The notes below the pieces were generated by a model. It was given only the letters and a program-made list of their open reading frames with translations, did not search any database and was not told where the DNA came from. 64,000 nucleotides of DNA from an uncultured Gammaproteobacteria bacterium (GTDB taxonomy: Bacteria; Patescibacteriota; Patescibacteriia; 2-01-FULL-39-33), in assembly GCA_964558935.1 (NCBI GenBank), contig CAZLFP010000004.1, forward strand, positions 28,001 through 92,000, given 5' to 3'. Position 1 is the first letter of the stretch. Each line of letters opens with the position of its first letter. A program made the position numbers and the translations under genes. Positions 9,495 through 18,400 of this stretch are shown here, one piece after another.

Positions 9495-10670
9495 TTAGGT
9501 GATTATTGACTTAAGACCCGGTAACTCCTTACCTTCCAGAAACTCCAGCATGGCACCGCCACCGGTTGAAATAAAGTTAAATTTATCTTCCAAACCCAAT
9601 TTACGAATGGAAGTGACGGTTTCCCCGCCTCCCACGATTGTCTTGGCTTGCGACTTGGCTAAAATTTTAACTAAGGCATTGGTGCCTTTGGCAAAAGCCG
9701 GATTTTCCATCAGACCCATAGGACCATTCCAAACGACAGTTTGAGCCTGCTTTAATATCTTGCTGTACAATTTTACCGTATCCGGACCGATATCTAAAAT
9801 GTATTCATCTGACTTAATATCTGCCAAAGCATCGGCTCTTCCCTTTTTAGCCTTAAAGCTCTTAGCCATCAGACCATCCACCGGCACTCTAAGCCGGTTG
9901 TCTGTCAACTGGATTTTTTTGATTTCTTTAAACATCTTAGGTTCAATGACTGACTTGCCCACGCCCATACCCATAACTTTTAATACGGTATTAGCCAAAG
10001 CTCCGCCCAGCAGTAATTGGTCAGCCACTTCCAAAAATCTTTTGATAACCTGAATCTTAGTTGAAATTTTAGCACCTCCCACTATTACGATTAATGGTTG
10101 CTTGGGTTTGTTGAAAATACCAGCCAGATTTGTTATTTCCTGCTCTAAAAGCAGGCCAGCGTAAGAGGGTAAATATTTTTGAATGGTTGAAACCGAAGCA
10201 TGGTTACGATGCGAAACCGCAAAGGCATCATTGACATAAATATCTGCCAACTTGGCCAACTGCTTAGCTAGCACCTGACTACCTTTTTCTTCGCCCGGAT
10301 GAAAGCGAACATTTTCCAACATTAAAATCTCACCCTCTGACATTTTAGTAACCTGCTCGGTTATTTCCGCACCAATGACATCATCTGCTTTGTAAATGCA
10401 TCGGTCTAACAACTGAGACAGTCTTACGGCAACAGGATCCAGCCTTAAATCTTCCGACACCTGACCGTTGGGACGACCCAAATGAGTGACTAATATGACT
10501 TTAGCCTTTTTTTTGATTAAATACTTGAGAGTAGGCAAACTTTTGACTAAACGATAGTCTTCATTCCGATCCACTTTAAAATCATTGCCCAAGGATACAT
10601 TAAAATCCACACGTAATAAGACGCGCTTACCTTTTAAGGATTTAACTTGTTTAATGGATTTAATACTCAT
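9495..10670 (-). CDS. pgk: Phosphoglycerate kinase
   Basis: KRVLLRVDFNV, the later hinge-region motifs, and a length of 391 aa. Confidence 0.93.
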   Translation of the reverse strand: MSIKSIKQVKSLKGKRVLLRVDFNVSLGNDFKVDRNEDYRLVKSLPTLKYLIKKKAKVILVTHLGRPNGQVSEDLRLDPVAVRLSQLLDRCIYKADDVIGAEITEQVTKMSEGEILMLENVRFHPGEEKGSQVLAKQLAKLADIYVNDAFAVSHRNHASVSTIQKYLPSYAGLLLEQEITNLAGIFNKPKQPLIVIVGGAKISTKIQVIKRFLEVADQLLLGGALANTVLKVMGMGVGKSVIEPKMFKEIKKIQLTDNRLRVPVDGLMAKSFKAKKGRADALADIKSDEYILDIGPDTVKLYSKILKQAQTVVWNGPMGLMENPAFAKGTNALVKILAKSQAKTIVGGGETVTSIRKLGLEDKFNFISTGGGAMLEFLEGKELPGLKSIIT

Positions 10671-10927
10671 TCTTGTTCACCTTCCATATCCCTTAAGACC
10701 CATTTATCTCCTTGGACTTTTTTGATTTCAACCGTTAAACCTTCTGCTAAGCTGTTTTTGGCTAACATTTCAAGGTTGAATGTCAGATTAGCCGGCAAGA
10801 CTTCTTCTCCGTGTTCCACAATACTGCCCAGCTCCAACCAAACCTTGCTAACTTTTTTAAGATGATTATTCTTAGCTTCTTCTAGGATAACTTTAAAAAT
10901 AACGTCGGCCAAATGAAAATCATGCAT
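10667..10927 (-). CDS. hypA: HypA/HybF-like [NiFe]-hydrogenase nickel-insertion protein lacking the C-terminal CxxC...CxxC zinc finger
   Basis: It aligns by eye to the E. coli HypA N-terminal domain (MHE...VWLKIG...AEG). Its true start is the ATG giving MHDFHL, which is an MH[ED] Ni-site. The ORF-track 'M' three codons upstream is a TTG. The protein has no Cys, and the ORF stops immediately before pgk. Confidence 0.6.
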   Translation of the reverse strand: MHDFHLADVIFKVILEEAKNNHLKKVSKVWLELGSIVEHGEEVLPANLTFNLEMLAKNSLAEGLTVEIKKVQGDKWVLRDMEGEQE

Positions 10928-10932
10928 ATATT

Positions 10933-11112
10933 TCAATTAGATTGATTAATTGTTTGCAGACAAATTTCTTGGTACTGTTGAATAATCCTGTCATAACCTC
11001 GTCTGACTTCGTCAAATCTGACTTGGTAATACCAACCTACCACCAAGGCGGTGACGGTAAAAGTCACCAAAAAAGTAATAATGGCTTGAGAATTTTTTTT
11101 GTAAAATGACAT
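10933..11112 (-). CDS. Small (59 aa) single-pass membrane protein of unknown function. It starts 10 nt downstream of the hydrogenase large-subunit stop.
   Basis: I found this ORF by hand; it falls below the ORF-track cutoff. Sequence: MSFYKKNSQAIITFLVTFTVTALVVGWYYQ.... Possibly co-transcribed with the large subunit. Confidence 0.3.
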   Translation of the reverse strand: MSFYKKNSQAIITFLVTFTVTALVVGWYYQVRFDEVRRGYDRIIQQYQEICLQTINQSN

Positions 11113-11121
11113 AAGTTTATC

Positions 11122-12420
11122 TTAATGAGTGGCGCAAGCAATGCAAGGATCATACGCCCTGATTAACGTACGCATCTTGATTTTTCTTTTTTTGGCCGGC
11201 ATGGTTTTTAACTTGGGCAAATACTGCTTAGCATCTTCTTCCAAATTTTTTAGCATGGAAACAGTGGGAGTAATAATGTCACATTTGGTGATATACCCAT
11301 TCTTGTCAATTTCATACGCATGATACAAAGTACCTCTGGGCGCTTCAATGGCATCAATACCCAAGACGGTCTTACCCAAAGGATTGGCGCCTGAAATCAG
11401 TTTTAACTTGTCTGACAAACTTTTTTCTGACTTTAAAGTCTGACTTAATTCCACTAACATTTCCTGGGCTTGCTCCAGACAATGAATAATCTCCACCGCC
11501 TGAGCCGTTATATTTTCAAAGGTGTTATATTGAGGATATTGCCATTTTAAACCCTTCAGCAAACCCTTGGCCAGCGGTTTTAAGGCTTCTCTGTTGTTGT
11601 TAATTCTTGCTAAAGCTCCAACCATGAACGGTTGGCCGTCTAAAGTAGATGACTTAGCCGCTCGGTAGGGTTCTTCAACCTCTTTAATGTTGGCCGTGTA
11701 TTTCTCCTGAGGAATAATTTTAGTCTTTTGTTCAACATCCACTATTTTAATGTCTCCGTCATATAGGGCGTATTCTGCTTGGGAGATTAAACTAACTTGG
11801 GCCGTTGCGCGTTTGAATCTGGGATATTTGATTTTCATCACCAGATTGGCCAAAACCAGAGCATCCTTCATGACTGCTTCATACTGATGAGCGATGGCTT
11901 GGAGTTGCTGTCTATTGGGTAAGGCTTTAAAGCCACCCACCTCACACGCGATGGGATGAACAGCTCGTCCACCGACAACTTCAATGATCTTCAAACCCCA
12001 TTCTCTGACACGAATGGCAGATTGAGTCTCTTTGGGATATTGAGCAATGAATTGAATATCGTTTTCAATGTTGAAAAAATCAGGCAGAGACAGAAAAAAA
12101 AGATGCAAGGCATGGGAATGAATAACTTGTGCCAAGTTCATGAGCTTTCTTAATTTAAGGGTCTGTTCAGACACCTTGATGTTAAAGCCATTCTCAATGG
12201 CTTTGATTGAGGAAAGCTTATGTACTACCGGACAAATACCGCAAATTCTGGCAGTAATGATAGGTGCTTCCGAAAAATGTCTGCCAATTAAAATACCCTC
12301 TATCTGCCTGGCTCCCTCAGTGGTAATGAGCTTGGCAGATCTAACGTCACCTTTTAAAATCTCAGCCACAAAATCAGCATGACCTTCCATTTTGCCGATA
12401 TGATTGACTTGAATTTTCAT
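11122..12420 (-). CDS. [NiFe]-hydrogenase large (alpha) subunit, group 3 (3b/sulfhydrogenase-like)
   Basis: The N-terminal L1 motif is RICGICPVVH and the C-terminal L2 motif is DPCIACATH. The protein ends exactly at the His, so there is no C-terminal extension. Length is 432 aa. Confidence 0.88.
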   Translation of the reverse strand: MKIQVNHIGKMEGHADFVAEILKGDVRSAKLITTEGARQIEGILIGRHFSEAPIITARICGICPVVHKLSSIKAIENGFNIKVSEQTLKLRKLMNLAQVIHSHALHLFFLSLPDFFNIENDIQFIAQYPKETQSAIRVREWGLKIIEVVGGRAVHPIACEVGGFKALPNRQQLQAIAHQYEAVMKDALVLANLVMKIKYPRFKRATAQVSLISQAEYALYDGDIKIVDVEQKTKIIPQEKYTANIKEVEEPYRAAKSSTLDGQPFMVGALARINNNREALKPLAKGLLKGLKWQYPQYNTFENITAQAVEIIHCLEQAQEMLVELSQTLKSEKSLSDKLKLISGANPLGKTVLGIDAIEAPRGTLYHAYEIDKNGYITKCDIITPTVSMLKNLEEDAKQYLPKLKTMPAKKRKIKMRTLIRAYDPCIACATH

Positions 12421-12429
12421 TAATGAGAA

Positions 12430-14235
12430 TTATTCTTCTTTTGGTAATTCAACTTTTAGATGTAATTCAGTTAATTGTTCTTGAGTAACTTCAGACGGTG
12501 ATCCAACCATGGTTTCTTCAGCTTGACCGTTTTTGGGGAAAGCCGTAATTTCCCGAATATTTGGTTCGTCTTTCAGTAGCATGACATACCTTTCAATGCC
12601 GGGAGCAAAGCCGCAGTGAGGCGGAGCGCCAAATTTAAAAGCTTTAATCATATGTCCAAATTTGTTATCCACCACTTCAGGGCCATAGCCGGCAATTTCA
12701 AACGCTTTGTACATAATCTCGGGTACGTTGTTTCTGACTGCGCCGGAAGACAATTCGAAACCGTTTAAAACAATGTCGTACTGGTAGGCCAGGATATCTA
12801 ACGGATCTTTGTTGATTAAGGCTTCCATGCCACCCTGGGGCATGGAAAAAGGATTATGACCAAATTCAATCTTTTTCTTGTCTGAATCATATTCGTACAT
12901 GGGAAAATCTACAATCCAACAGTAAGCCATAACCGATTTATCTATCAGATCTAATCTTCTGCCAACTTCCAATCTAATCTCTCCCATAACCTTGGCAGCC
13001 GTTGCCTCCTGATCTGCGCATAAGAAAATGGCATCACCAACCTTAGCTTCTAATTGTTGAGCCAACTTAGCTATTAAATCATCCCCTAAGAACTTGGCAA
13101 TCATGGAATTGTAACCAGAGTCTGTGGCCAGAATCGAAGCCAAACCTTTGGCGCCCATTTTTTTGGCAACTTCGTTCATTTTTTCAATCACTGTTTTGGT
13201 GAAAGTACCACCGCCTGGAGCGGTAATCGCTCTAATCACACCGCCGTTTTCAATAACTTTTGCAAAAGCTTCAAAGCCACAGCCTCGAAACAATTCAGTC
13301 ACATCTTGAATTTCCACCCCAAATCTTAAATCCGGTTTGTCGCAACCATATTTTAACATCGCCTCTTTAAACGGAATTCTGGGAAAAGGAGTTTGCAGAA
13401 TCTGTCTGTCGGTAAATGCCTGAGTGGTGGCAACAAACAAAGGTTCCATCAGTGCAAAGAATTCATCTTGAGTCAAAAAACTGGTTTCCACATCCAGTTG
13501 GTAAAACTCACCCGGAGACCTGTCTGCTCGGGCATCCTCATCTCTCATACACGGAGCAATTTGGAAATATTTATCCATACCACCCACCATTAACAACTGC
13601 TTGTACTGCTGGGGGGCTTGAGGCAAGGCATAGAATTTACCGGGATGCAGTCTGGAAGGAACCAAGAAATCTCTAGCACCTTCCGGCGAAGACACGGTTA
13701 AAATGGGGGTATCTATTTCATTGAAACCAGCCTGATGCATCCAATCTCGAATAAACTTAACCACTTTGGCTCTAAACACCAAATTATCCTGCATTTTCTT
13801 TCGTCTTAAATCCAGGAACCGGTATTTTAATCTCAAATCTTCATTCACCTCATCTTTCTTATCTTCCTGTCCCGGATCCCATGAGACTGAATAAGGTGGC
13901 AGTTCAGCCTGGTTTAAGATCTCAGCCTCTTGAACATGCACCTCTATCTCACCGGTCGAGATATTCCCATTAACCGCTGCTTGAGGTCGAGCTACGACTT
14001 CACCGGTTATTTTTATCACCCACTCATCCCGCAACTTGTTCGCAATTTCAAATGCTGTCTGGGACTTGGGATCAAAAACAATTTGGGTAATCCCATAGTG
14101 ATCTCTTAAATCAATAAAAACCAAACCTCCATGATCCCTCCTGCTGTTTACCCATCCTGCCAGGGTAATGGTGGAGCCAATCTCTGCTGGAGTCAATTGG
14201 CCGCAGGTGTGAGTTCTAAACATAAAGTCTGTCAA
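12430..14235 (-). CDS. aspS: Aspartyl-tRNA synthetase (class II; probably non-discriminating)
   Basis: It has an N-terminal OB-fold anticodon-binding domain (GWVNSRRDHGGLVFIDLRDHYG), class-II motifs, and a length of 601 aa. Confidence 0.92.
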   Translation of the reverse strand: MTDFMFRTHTCGQLTPAEIGSTITLAGWVNSRRDHGGLVFIDLRDHYGITQIVFDPKSQTAFEIANKLRDEWVIKITGEVVARPQAAVNGNISTGEIEVHVQEAEILNQAELPPYSVSWDPGQEDKKDEVNEDLRLKYRFLDLRRKKMQDNLVFRAKVVKFIRDWMHQAGFNEIDTPILTVSSPEGARDFLVPSRLHPGKFYALPQAPQQYKQLLMVGGMDKYFQIAPCMRDEDARADRSPGEFYQLDVETSFLTQDEFFALMEPLFVATTQAFTDRQILQTPFPRIPFKEAMLKYGCDKPDLRFGVEIQDVTELFRGCGFEAFAKVIENGGVIRAITAPGGGTFTKTVIEKMNEVAKKMGAKGLASILATDSGYNSMIAKFLGDDLIAKLAQQLEAKVGDAIFLCADQEATAAKVMGEIRLEVGRRLDLIDKSVMAYCWIVDFPMYEYDSDKKKIEFGHNPFSMPQGGMEALINKDPLDILAYQYDIVLNGFELSSGAVRNNVPEIMYKAFEIAGYGPEVVDNKFGHMIKAFKFGAPPHCGFAPGIERYVMLLKDEPNIREITAFPKNGQAEETMVGSPSEVTQEQLTELHLKVELPKEE

Positions 14236-14360
14236 ATAGATATTTATTATGCTTATACTATAGCAATTTTAAGGATATAAAGCAAGTTGCCAACAAACAA
14301 AAAACAGTCTAAAAAGACTGACTTGTCGGATAGGCCATGGCCATATACCAACTGTATTGA

Positions 14361-14627
14361 TTAATAGAGTAAAGATTCAATCTTAGCTAAGGTCAAATCT
14401 TCATCTCCGGTCTCAAAATCCTCCAGTAACTCCAAATTTTTCGGGTCATCGATCAATTCACGGAACTTGGCTGAATAGCTTTGGATCCATCTTAAAGCCA
14501 CTTGGTTGTCATCCAAATCCTCGTTCTGTGGTTGGTCCATAAACCTCTCAATCAATCTTCTCTGGATTGAATTGGTCAGAGATAATCTGTCGACTTGTGT
14601 TTCCCTGGGGGTCAATACTTCTGACAT
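14361..14627 (-). CDS. Small acidic hypothetical protein (88 aa), translationally coupled to the hydrogenase small-subunit gene
   Basis: ORF with no recognisable motif. Its start is 2 nt from the delta-subunit stop. Confidence 0.35.
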   Translation of the reverse strand: MSEVLTPRETQVDRLSLTNSIQRRLIERFMDQPQNEDLDDNQVALRWIQSYSAKFRELIDDPKNLELLEDFETGDEDLTLAKIESLLY

Positions 14628-14628
14628 A

Positions 14629-15414
14629 TTATTTTTTCTTTTTAGATTTAACTTCTTGCTGCAAGGCCTTTAAAATACTGTCTTTACAACCAAAGACTTC
14701 CATCACTCTGTCAACTTGCTCCTTAGGATGCTCTTTTAGTAGCCTGGTCATTAAATTCTTAATCTTAGCGCCTTCAAACAAACCGCGACAACCCCAACAG
14801 GCCTGCTTGGATTTTAAACACACCGCTTGGCAACCGCCTAAAGTAATGGGTCCTAAACAAATCTCTCCCTTCTGGAGCAAGCATTCATAGCCATGATTTT
14901 GACACTCCCAACACACTGGTTTGTTCGGAATTCGAGGCATTCTGTCTTGAACCAACTGCTCAGCTATTTCCATAAACTCTTGTCCATCTATGGGACAGCC
15001 CGGAATAGTCAAATCCACCGTGACAAAATTATCTACTTCCTTAATATCCGGATTTTCGACCTTAGTCTTACGATAAATCTGACGTACTGTCTTTTGCTTG
15101 TTGACATAGTTCTTAAGCTCCCAAACACCGCCCAGGGCAGCGCAGTTACCCACCACCACCAGTAAATCTGACATTTTTCTCATTTTCTTAAGCAAAGTAA
15201 TATTGGCTTTGGTTACCGGATTGCCTTCCACAAAACAAATGTCAAAATGCTCGGCTGTCATGGGCAGTTCTTCAATTAATCTAAACTCGCCCAAATTGAC
15301 TTGTTGCAACCACTTTAGTAACCTATTACCTTGATCCAACATGACAAATTCACAGCCTTCACAGGAAGTTAAGGAAATAATGGCAACACTTGGTTGTTTG
15401 GTCTGCTGCTTCAT
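14629..15414 (-). CDS. [NiFe]-hydrogenase small (delta) subunit, group 3 type
   Basis: It has the proximal-cluster Cys pattern CEGCE...GNCAALGG...GCPI and a C-terminal Cys-rich region for the medial and distal FeS clusters. The 261-aa length matches cytoplasmic group-3 small subunits, and there is no Tat signal. Confidence 0.8.
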   Translation of the reverse strand: MKQQTKQPSVAIISLTSCEGCEFVMLDQGNRLLKWLQQVNLGEFRLIEELPMTAEHFDICFVEGNPVTKANITLLKKMRKMSDLLVVVGNCAALGGVWELKNYVNKQKTVRQIYRKTKVENPDIKEVDNFVTVDLTIPGCPIDGQEFMEIAEQLVQDRMPRIPNKPVCWECQNHGYECLLQKGEICLGPITLGGCQAVCLKSKQACWGCRGLFEGAKIKNLMTRLLKEHPKEQVDRVMEVFGCKDSILKALQQEVKSKKKK

Positions 15415-15415
15415 T

Positions 15416-16186
15416 TTAGATATTAGCTAATTTAAGATTATAGGTTGTCCACTTCTGCAAATTCATGGCCTGTTGTTGGGTTAAGATATCGCACACCCAA
15501 TCCCAATGCAGAGACACCCAGTCTCCAATCTCAGGATTGTCAACAAATGATCGACCATTAAACTCAGTCGCTATTTGTTTCGTTGTCAGATCACCCAAAA
15601 TCAATCTGTTGTTCTCAATGCTCAACGGCCGGTAAACGACCTCTAATTTACCCGGTTCAACCCTGACCACTTGAGCCGGTGTAATCCGACACAGCTCCAT
15701 GGTTTCTAAGCTGTGCTCAACCGGATAATGACCGGTTCTCTTGGGTATATTAAAAACATGCCAGGAATGATGGGGCTTAGCCCCTTGCGGTATCTTACCG
15801 AAAACTTTGTCCAAGATTTGAGGTTTGAAACTGCCAGGCAGTTTCTGTTCATCCACCATGTAACGGTAAAAATTATTCATGGACACATTGTTTAACAGCT
15901 CATTTCCCAGCCAATACGCTTCCGCTACTCGGTAACTGAAAGGATCCAATAATCGGTTGCTGTCGGCAATTAATTTCAAATAGGGGTACATGGTTGCAAA
16001 TTCACTTAGCAACTCCAACAAACCGGCATCCGCCCTCTTATGAGTGACATAGTCAAATAACTGACCGTTACGCTCTCCACCACAGTATCTCAGCCGGTTG
16101 GGCATAAAGGCGTAACGAGCAGACAGACTCGCGCCATCAGCTGGCAACTGGTTGCCAATCATATTCTTTCTTAGATCTGAATGCAT
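15416..16186 (-). CDS. Hypothetical protein (256 aa), function unknown
   Basis: ORF only. The first 27 codons overlap the DMT transporter gene end, so the true start may be the internal Met near 16105. No motif I can name. Confidence 0.4.
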   Translation of the reverse strand: MHSDLRKNMIGNQLPADGASLSARYAFMPNRLRYCGGERNGQLFDYVTHKRADAGLLELLSEFATMYPYLKLIADSNRLLDPFSYRVAEAYWLGNELLNNVSMNNFYRYMVDEQKLPGSFKPQILDKVFGKIPQGAKPHHSWHVFNIPKRTGHYPVEHSLETMELCRITPAQVVRVEPGKLEVVYRPLSIENNRLILGDLTTKQIATEFNGRSFVDNPEIGDWVSLHWDWVCDILTQQQAMNLQKWTTYNLKLANI

Positions 16187-17039
16187 ATATTATCCAACTG
16201 CCGAATATTATCATTAAACTACCAACTATAATTTCCCAAGAAGCCACTTGTCCGGTTTGGAAGCTGGACAAAAGACTGGTGATGGGTGAAGCTAAAGTTA
16301 AGATGCTGGCCGCTACTGTCACCGGCAATCTCTTAACGGCTGCATACCAAGTAATTACATAACCGGTTAACAAGATCCCCACTCCCATAAGCCAGCTTAG
16401 CTGATGCCAATTTAAAGACAGCAGCTGCTGAGTATTGTGAGTTGCTCCCAAAAAGACAATTAAAAAACAACTACCGAAAAACATTCTAGCCCAAGCCGCC
16501 ACCAACACATCGATTCTCTTTAGAACCAACTTGACCAAGATATTTTCCATGGCCCATAACATGGTCGCCACCAAAATTAAAGTTTCTGCCAATCCCCAAG
16601 ATAGGCTTTGAACATTCAGGAAAACCAAATTACCTAAAATTAAAACAGCCACCGCCAACAACTGATGCCGAGTCAATTTTTCTTTCAACACAGGTACGGC
16701 CAGTACTGCCACCCAAACAAAGAGTGTTTTGTGGATAAAAGCCGCACTCACCGGTGACGTTAAACTCAAACCTTTGAAAAAAAGCAAGAAAGGCAGACTG
16801 CCTCCAATTAAACCGATTAAAACCAGCTTCAACCAGTCAGAACGGCTTAATTGCTTTAGCTTGGACCAGGCAAATGGCGTTAAGACGGCAACAGACAAAA
16901 TCAAAGCTACCACGATATTTTTTAATGCCGTGTATTGGTAAGCATCCTTAGCCACAGCTGCCAAACCAAACTTGTTGACATAATTGGCAATACCGGAAAT
17001 GAGAGCTGTACCCAGTACCAAATAAATTCCTGTTTTCAT
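16137..17039 (-). CDS. EamA/DMT-superfamily transporter (10 TM)
   Basis: Two EamA-like 5-TM halves, 300 aa. Confidence 0.7.
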   Translation of the reverse strand: MKTGIYLVLGTALISGIANYVNKFGLAAVAKDAYQYTALKNIVVALILSVAVLTPFAWSKLKQLSRSDWLKLVLIGLIGGSLPFLLFFKGLSLTSPVSAAFIHKTLFVWVAVLAVPVLKEKLTRHQLLAVAVLILGNLVFLNVQSLSWGLAETLILVATMLWAMENILVKLVLKRIDVLVAAWARMFFGSCFLIVFLGATHNTQQLLSLNWHQLSWLMGVGILLTGYVITWYAAVKRLPVTVAASILTLASPITSLLSSFQTGQVASWEIIVGSLMIIFGSWIIYAFRSKKEYDWQPVAS

Positions 17040-17227
17040 TGAAAATAATTATTAATCTCTTGAGCTTCTTGGCCAGATATTTTAGCAACTGCCAAATCTG
17101 CATTGACCAAGACCCAATCTCCAACTGACACTGACTGTAAGCCGGCAATTTTAACCACTCGATCATCTTCTAATCTGGCTTGCAAACCTGAGATGGCTTT
17201 AATTTTTGCCGGTAGGGTTAAACACAT
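17036..17227 (-). CDS. hypC: HypC/HupF-family hydrogenase maturation chaperone (short, 63 aa)
   Basis: The N-terminus MCLTLPAKI matches the MC(L/I)(A/G)(I/V)P HypC signature, with the essential Cys2. It has the OB-fold core ...VGDWVLVNADLAVAKISGQEAQE and is shorter than the canonical ~90 aa. Confidence 0.7.
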   Translation of the reverse strand: MCLTLPAKIKAISGLQARLEDDRVVKIAGLQSVSVGDWVLVNADLAVAKISGQEAQEINNYFQ

Positions 17228-17246
17228 TTATTTTAACTTAAAATCA

Positions 17247-18398
17247 CTAATTAGCCAACTTTTTCTTAAGTGATATAATTTCCTGCTCCCGATCTAAGAA
17301 AGATTTGTTGATCTGATTCAACTTTTTCAGTCGCAGACGTAATTTTTGCAGAATTGCATGCAACTCTTGAATATCACTGGCCACAATAATGCGACCTATA
17401 AGATGGCCACGTTTATCTAAAATCTGGGCACAAGAGACTAAAAACGGATGAGATTGACCGGTTTTGGTCTTGAAATTAATTTCCTGGTTTTCCAAAGCTT
17501 TGTCAGCTTGGAAGTGAGTTGCATAATCGCTTTTCCGACTGAGTAAATTGCTAAATTCCTGACCCTGCAATTCCCAGTTGGTGTAACCCAGCTTGGTGTT
17601 GACAGCCGGATTAACTTCAATGATTTGATCTTGTTCATCCAGTAGAATCATAATATCCGGCATGACAGTAAATATCTTGTCTGCCGCGGTAATGGGATTG
17701 ACTGCTAAAAACCGGTAGCGAGCATTAACATAAGTAATGGCAAAAACCCAAACTAAAGGGAAAATGTGGGCGAGTTGAGGAAAATGAGGATATTGGATGA
17801 TTCTGGGAATAATAATATCTGTCACTGTGCCGGCAATTAAGGAAAATACAATCGCCAATCCCAGCAGTAAAGAAATTTTTTTCATCTTAAGCGAACTCTC
17901 CAACACAATACCCAGATACACTAAAATGGTTAAGGAAACCAGCATCACAGACATGTAATATGTCAAAAACAGGTCGGCAAAAATGGATTGAGACCAGATT
18001 GGAAACCAGCCGTAGTCAGTTTTCAGATAATTCAAAATTAAATTACCTGTCCATTGCTGGTAGATGAAAAAAATGGAAATGGCTCCTGCCAGACCAAAAC
18101 CCAACCAAGATCTAACCACCTTTTTAGGGCCATACAGATGCAGGGTATAGCCCAAAAAAACTGCTGGAAAGCTGATCCAACCCAAAGAGGCAATATTTTG
18201 GAAAACATACACCAACTCAACCTGATTTTCAGGTACGCCCCACATCATTAAAACCCCAAAAGTCCAGATGGCAAAGCACATTGAAAACAAAAACGCTAGA
18301 ATATTAACCAGTGATTTGTAATTCTCAAATAAAATATACAAGGCGGCAAAAATATACACGACTAAGGTAAAAAAATTAATACAGTTAATCAAGGGCAT
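17247..18398 (-). CDS. Membrane sensor-like protein with an N-terminal ~7-TM domain, a cytoplasmic PAS domain and a C-terminal coiled coil. It has no output (kinase/GGDEF/HD) domain.
   Basis: A hydrophobic profile with about 7 helices is followed by a PAS-like segment (FTVMPDIMILLDEQDQIIEVNPAV...GRIIVASDIQEL) and a heptad-rich tail. Confidence 0.55.
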   Translation of the reverse strand: MPLINCINFFTLVVYIFAALYILFENYKSLVNILAFLFSMCFAIWTFGVLMMWGVPENQVELVYVFQNIASLGWISFPAVFLGYTLHLYGPKKVVRSWLGFGLAGAISIFFIYQQWTGNLILNYLKTDYGWFPIWSQSIFADLFLTYYMSVMLVSLTILVYLGIVLESSLKMKKISLLLGLAIVFSLIAGTVTDIIIPRIIQYPHFPQLAHIFPLVWVFAITYVNARYRFLAVNPITAADKIFTVMPDIMILLDEQDQIIEVNPAVNTKLGYTNWELQGQEFSNLLSRKSDYATHFQADKALENQEINFKTKTGQSHPFLVSCAQILDKRGHLIGRIIVASDIQELHAILQKLRLRLKKLNQINKSFLDREQEIISLKKKLAN

Positions 18399-18400
18399 AA

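Noticed and set aside
9495-10670. Expectation of gap/tpi next to pgk.
   Set aside because: pgk is flanked by the hypA-like gene upstream and a membrane protein downstream; gap and tpi must lie elsewhere in the genome.
14236-14360. The aspS upstream region, with the palindromes CAGTCTAAAAAGACTG and GGCCATGGCC and a possible CTTGCT-18-TATAGT promoter on the minus strand.
   Set aside because: The promoter match is weaker than the three reported and the palindromes are short. This is a plausible regulatory region, but I did not call a feature.
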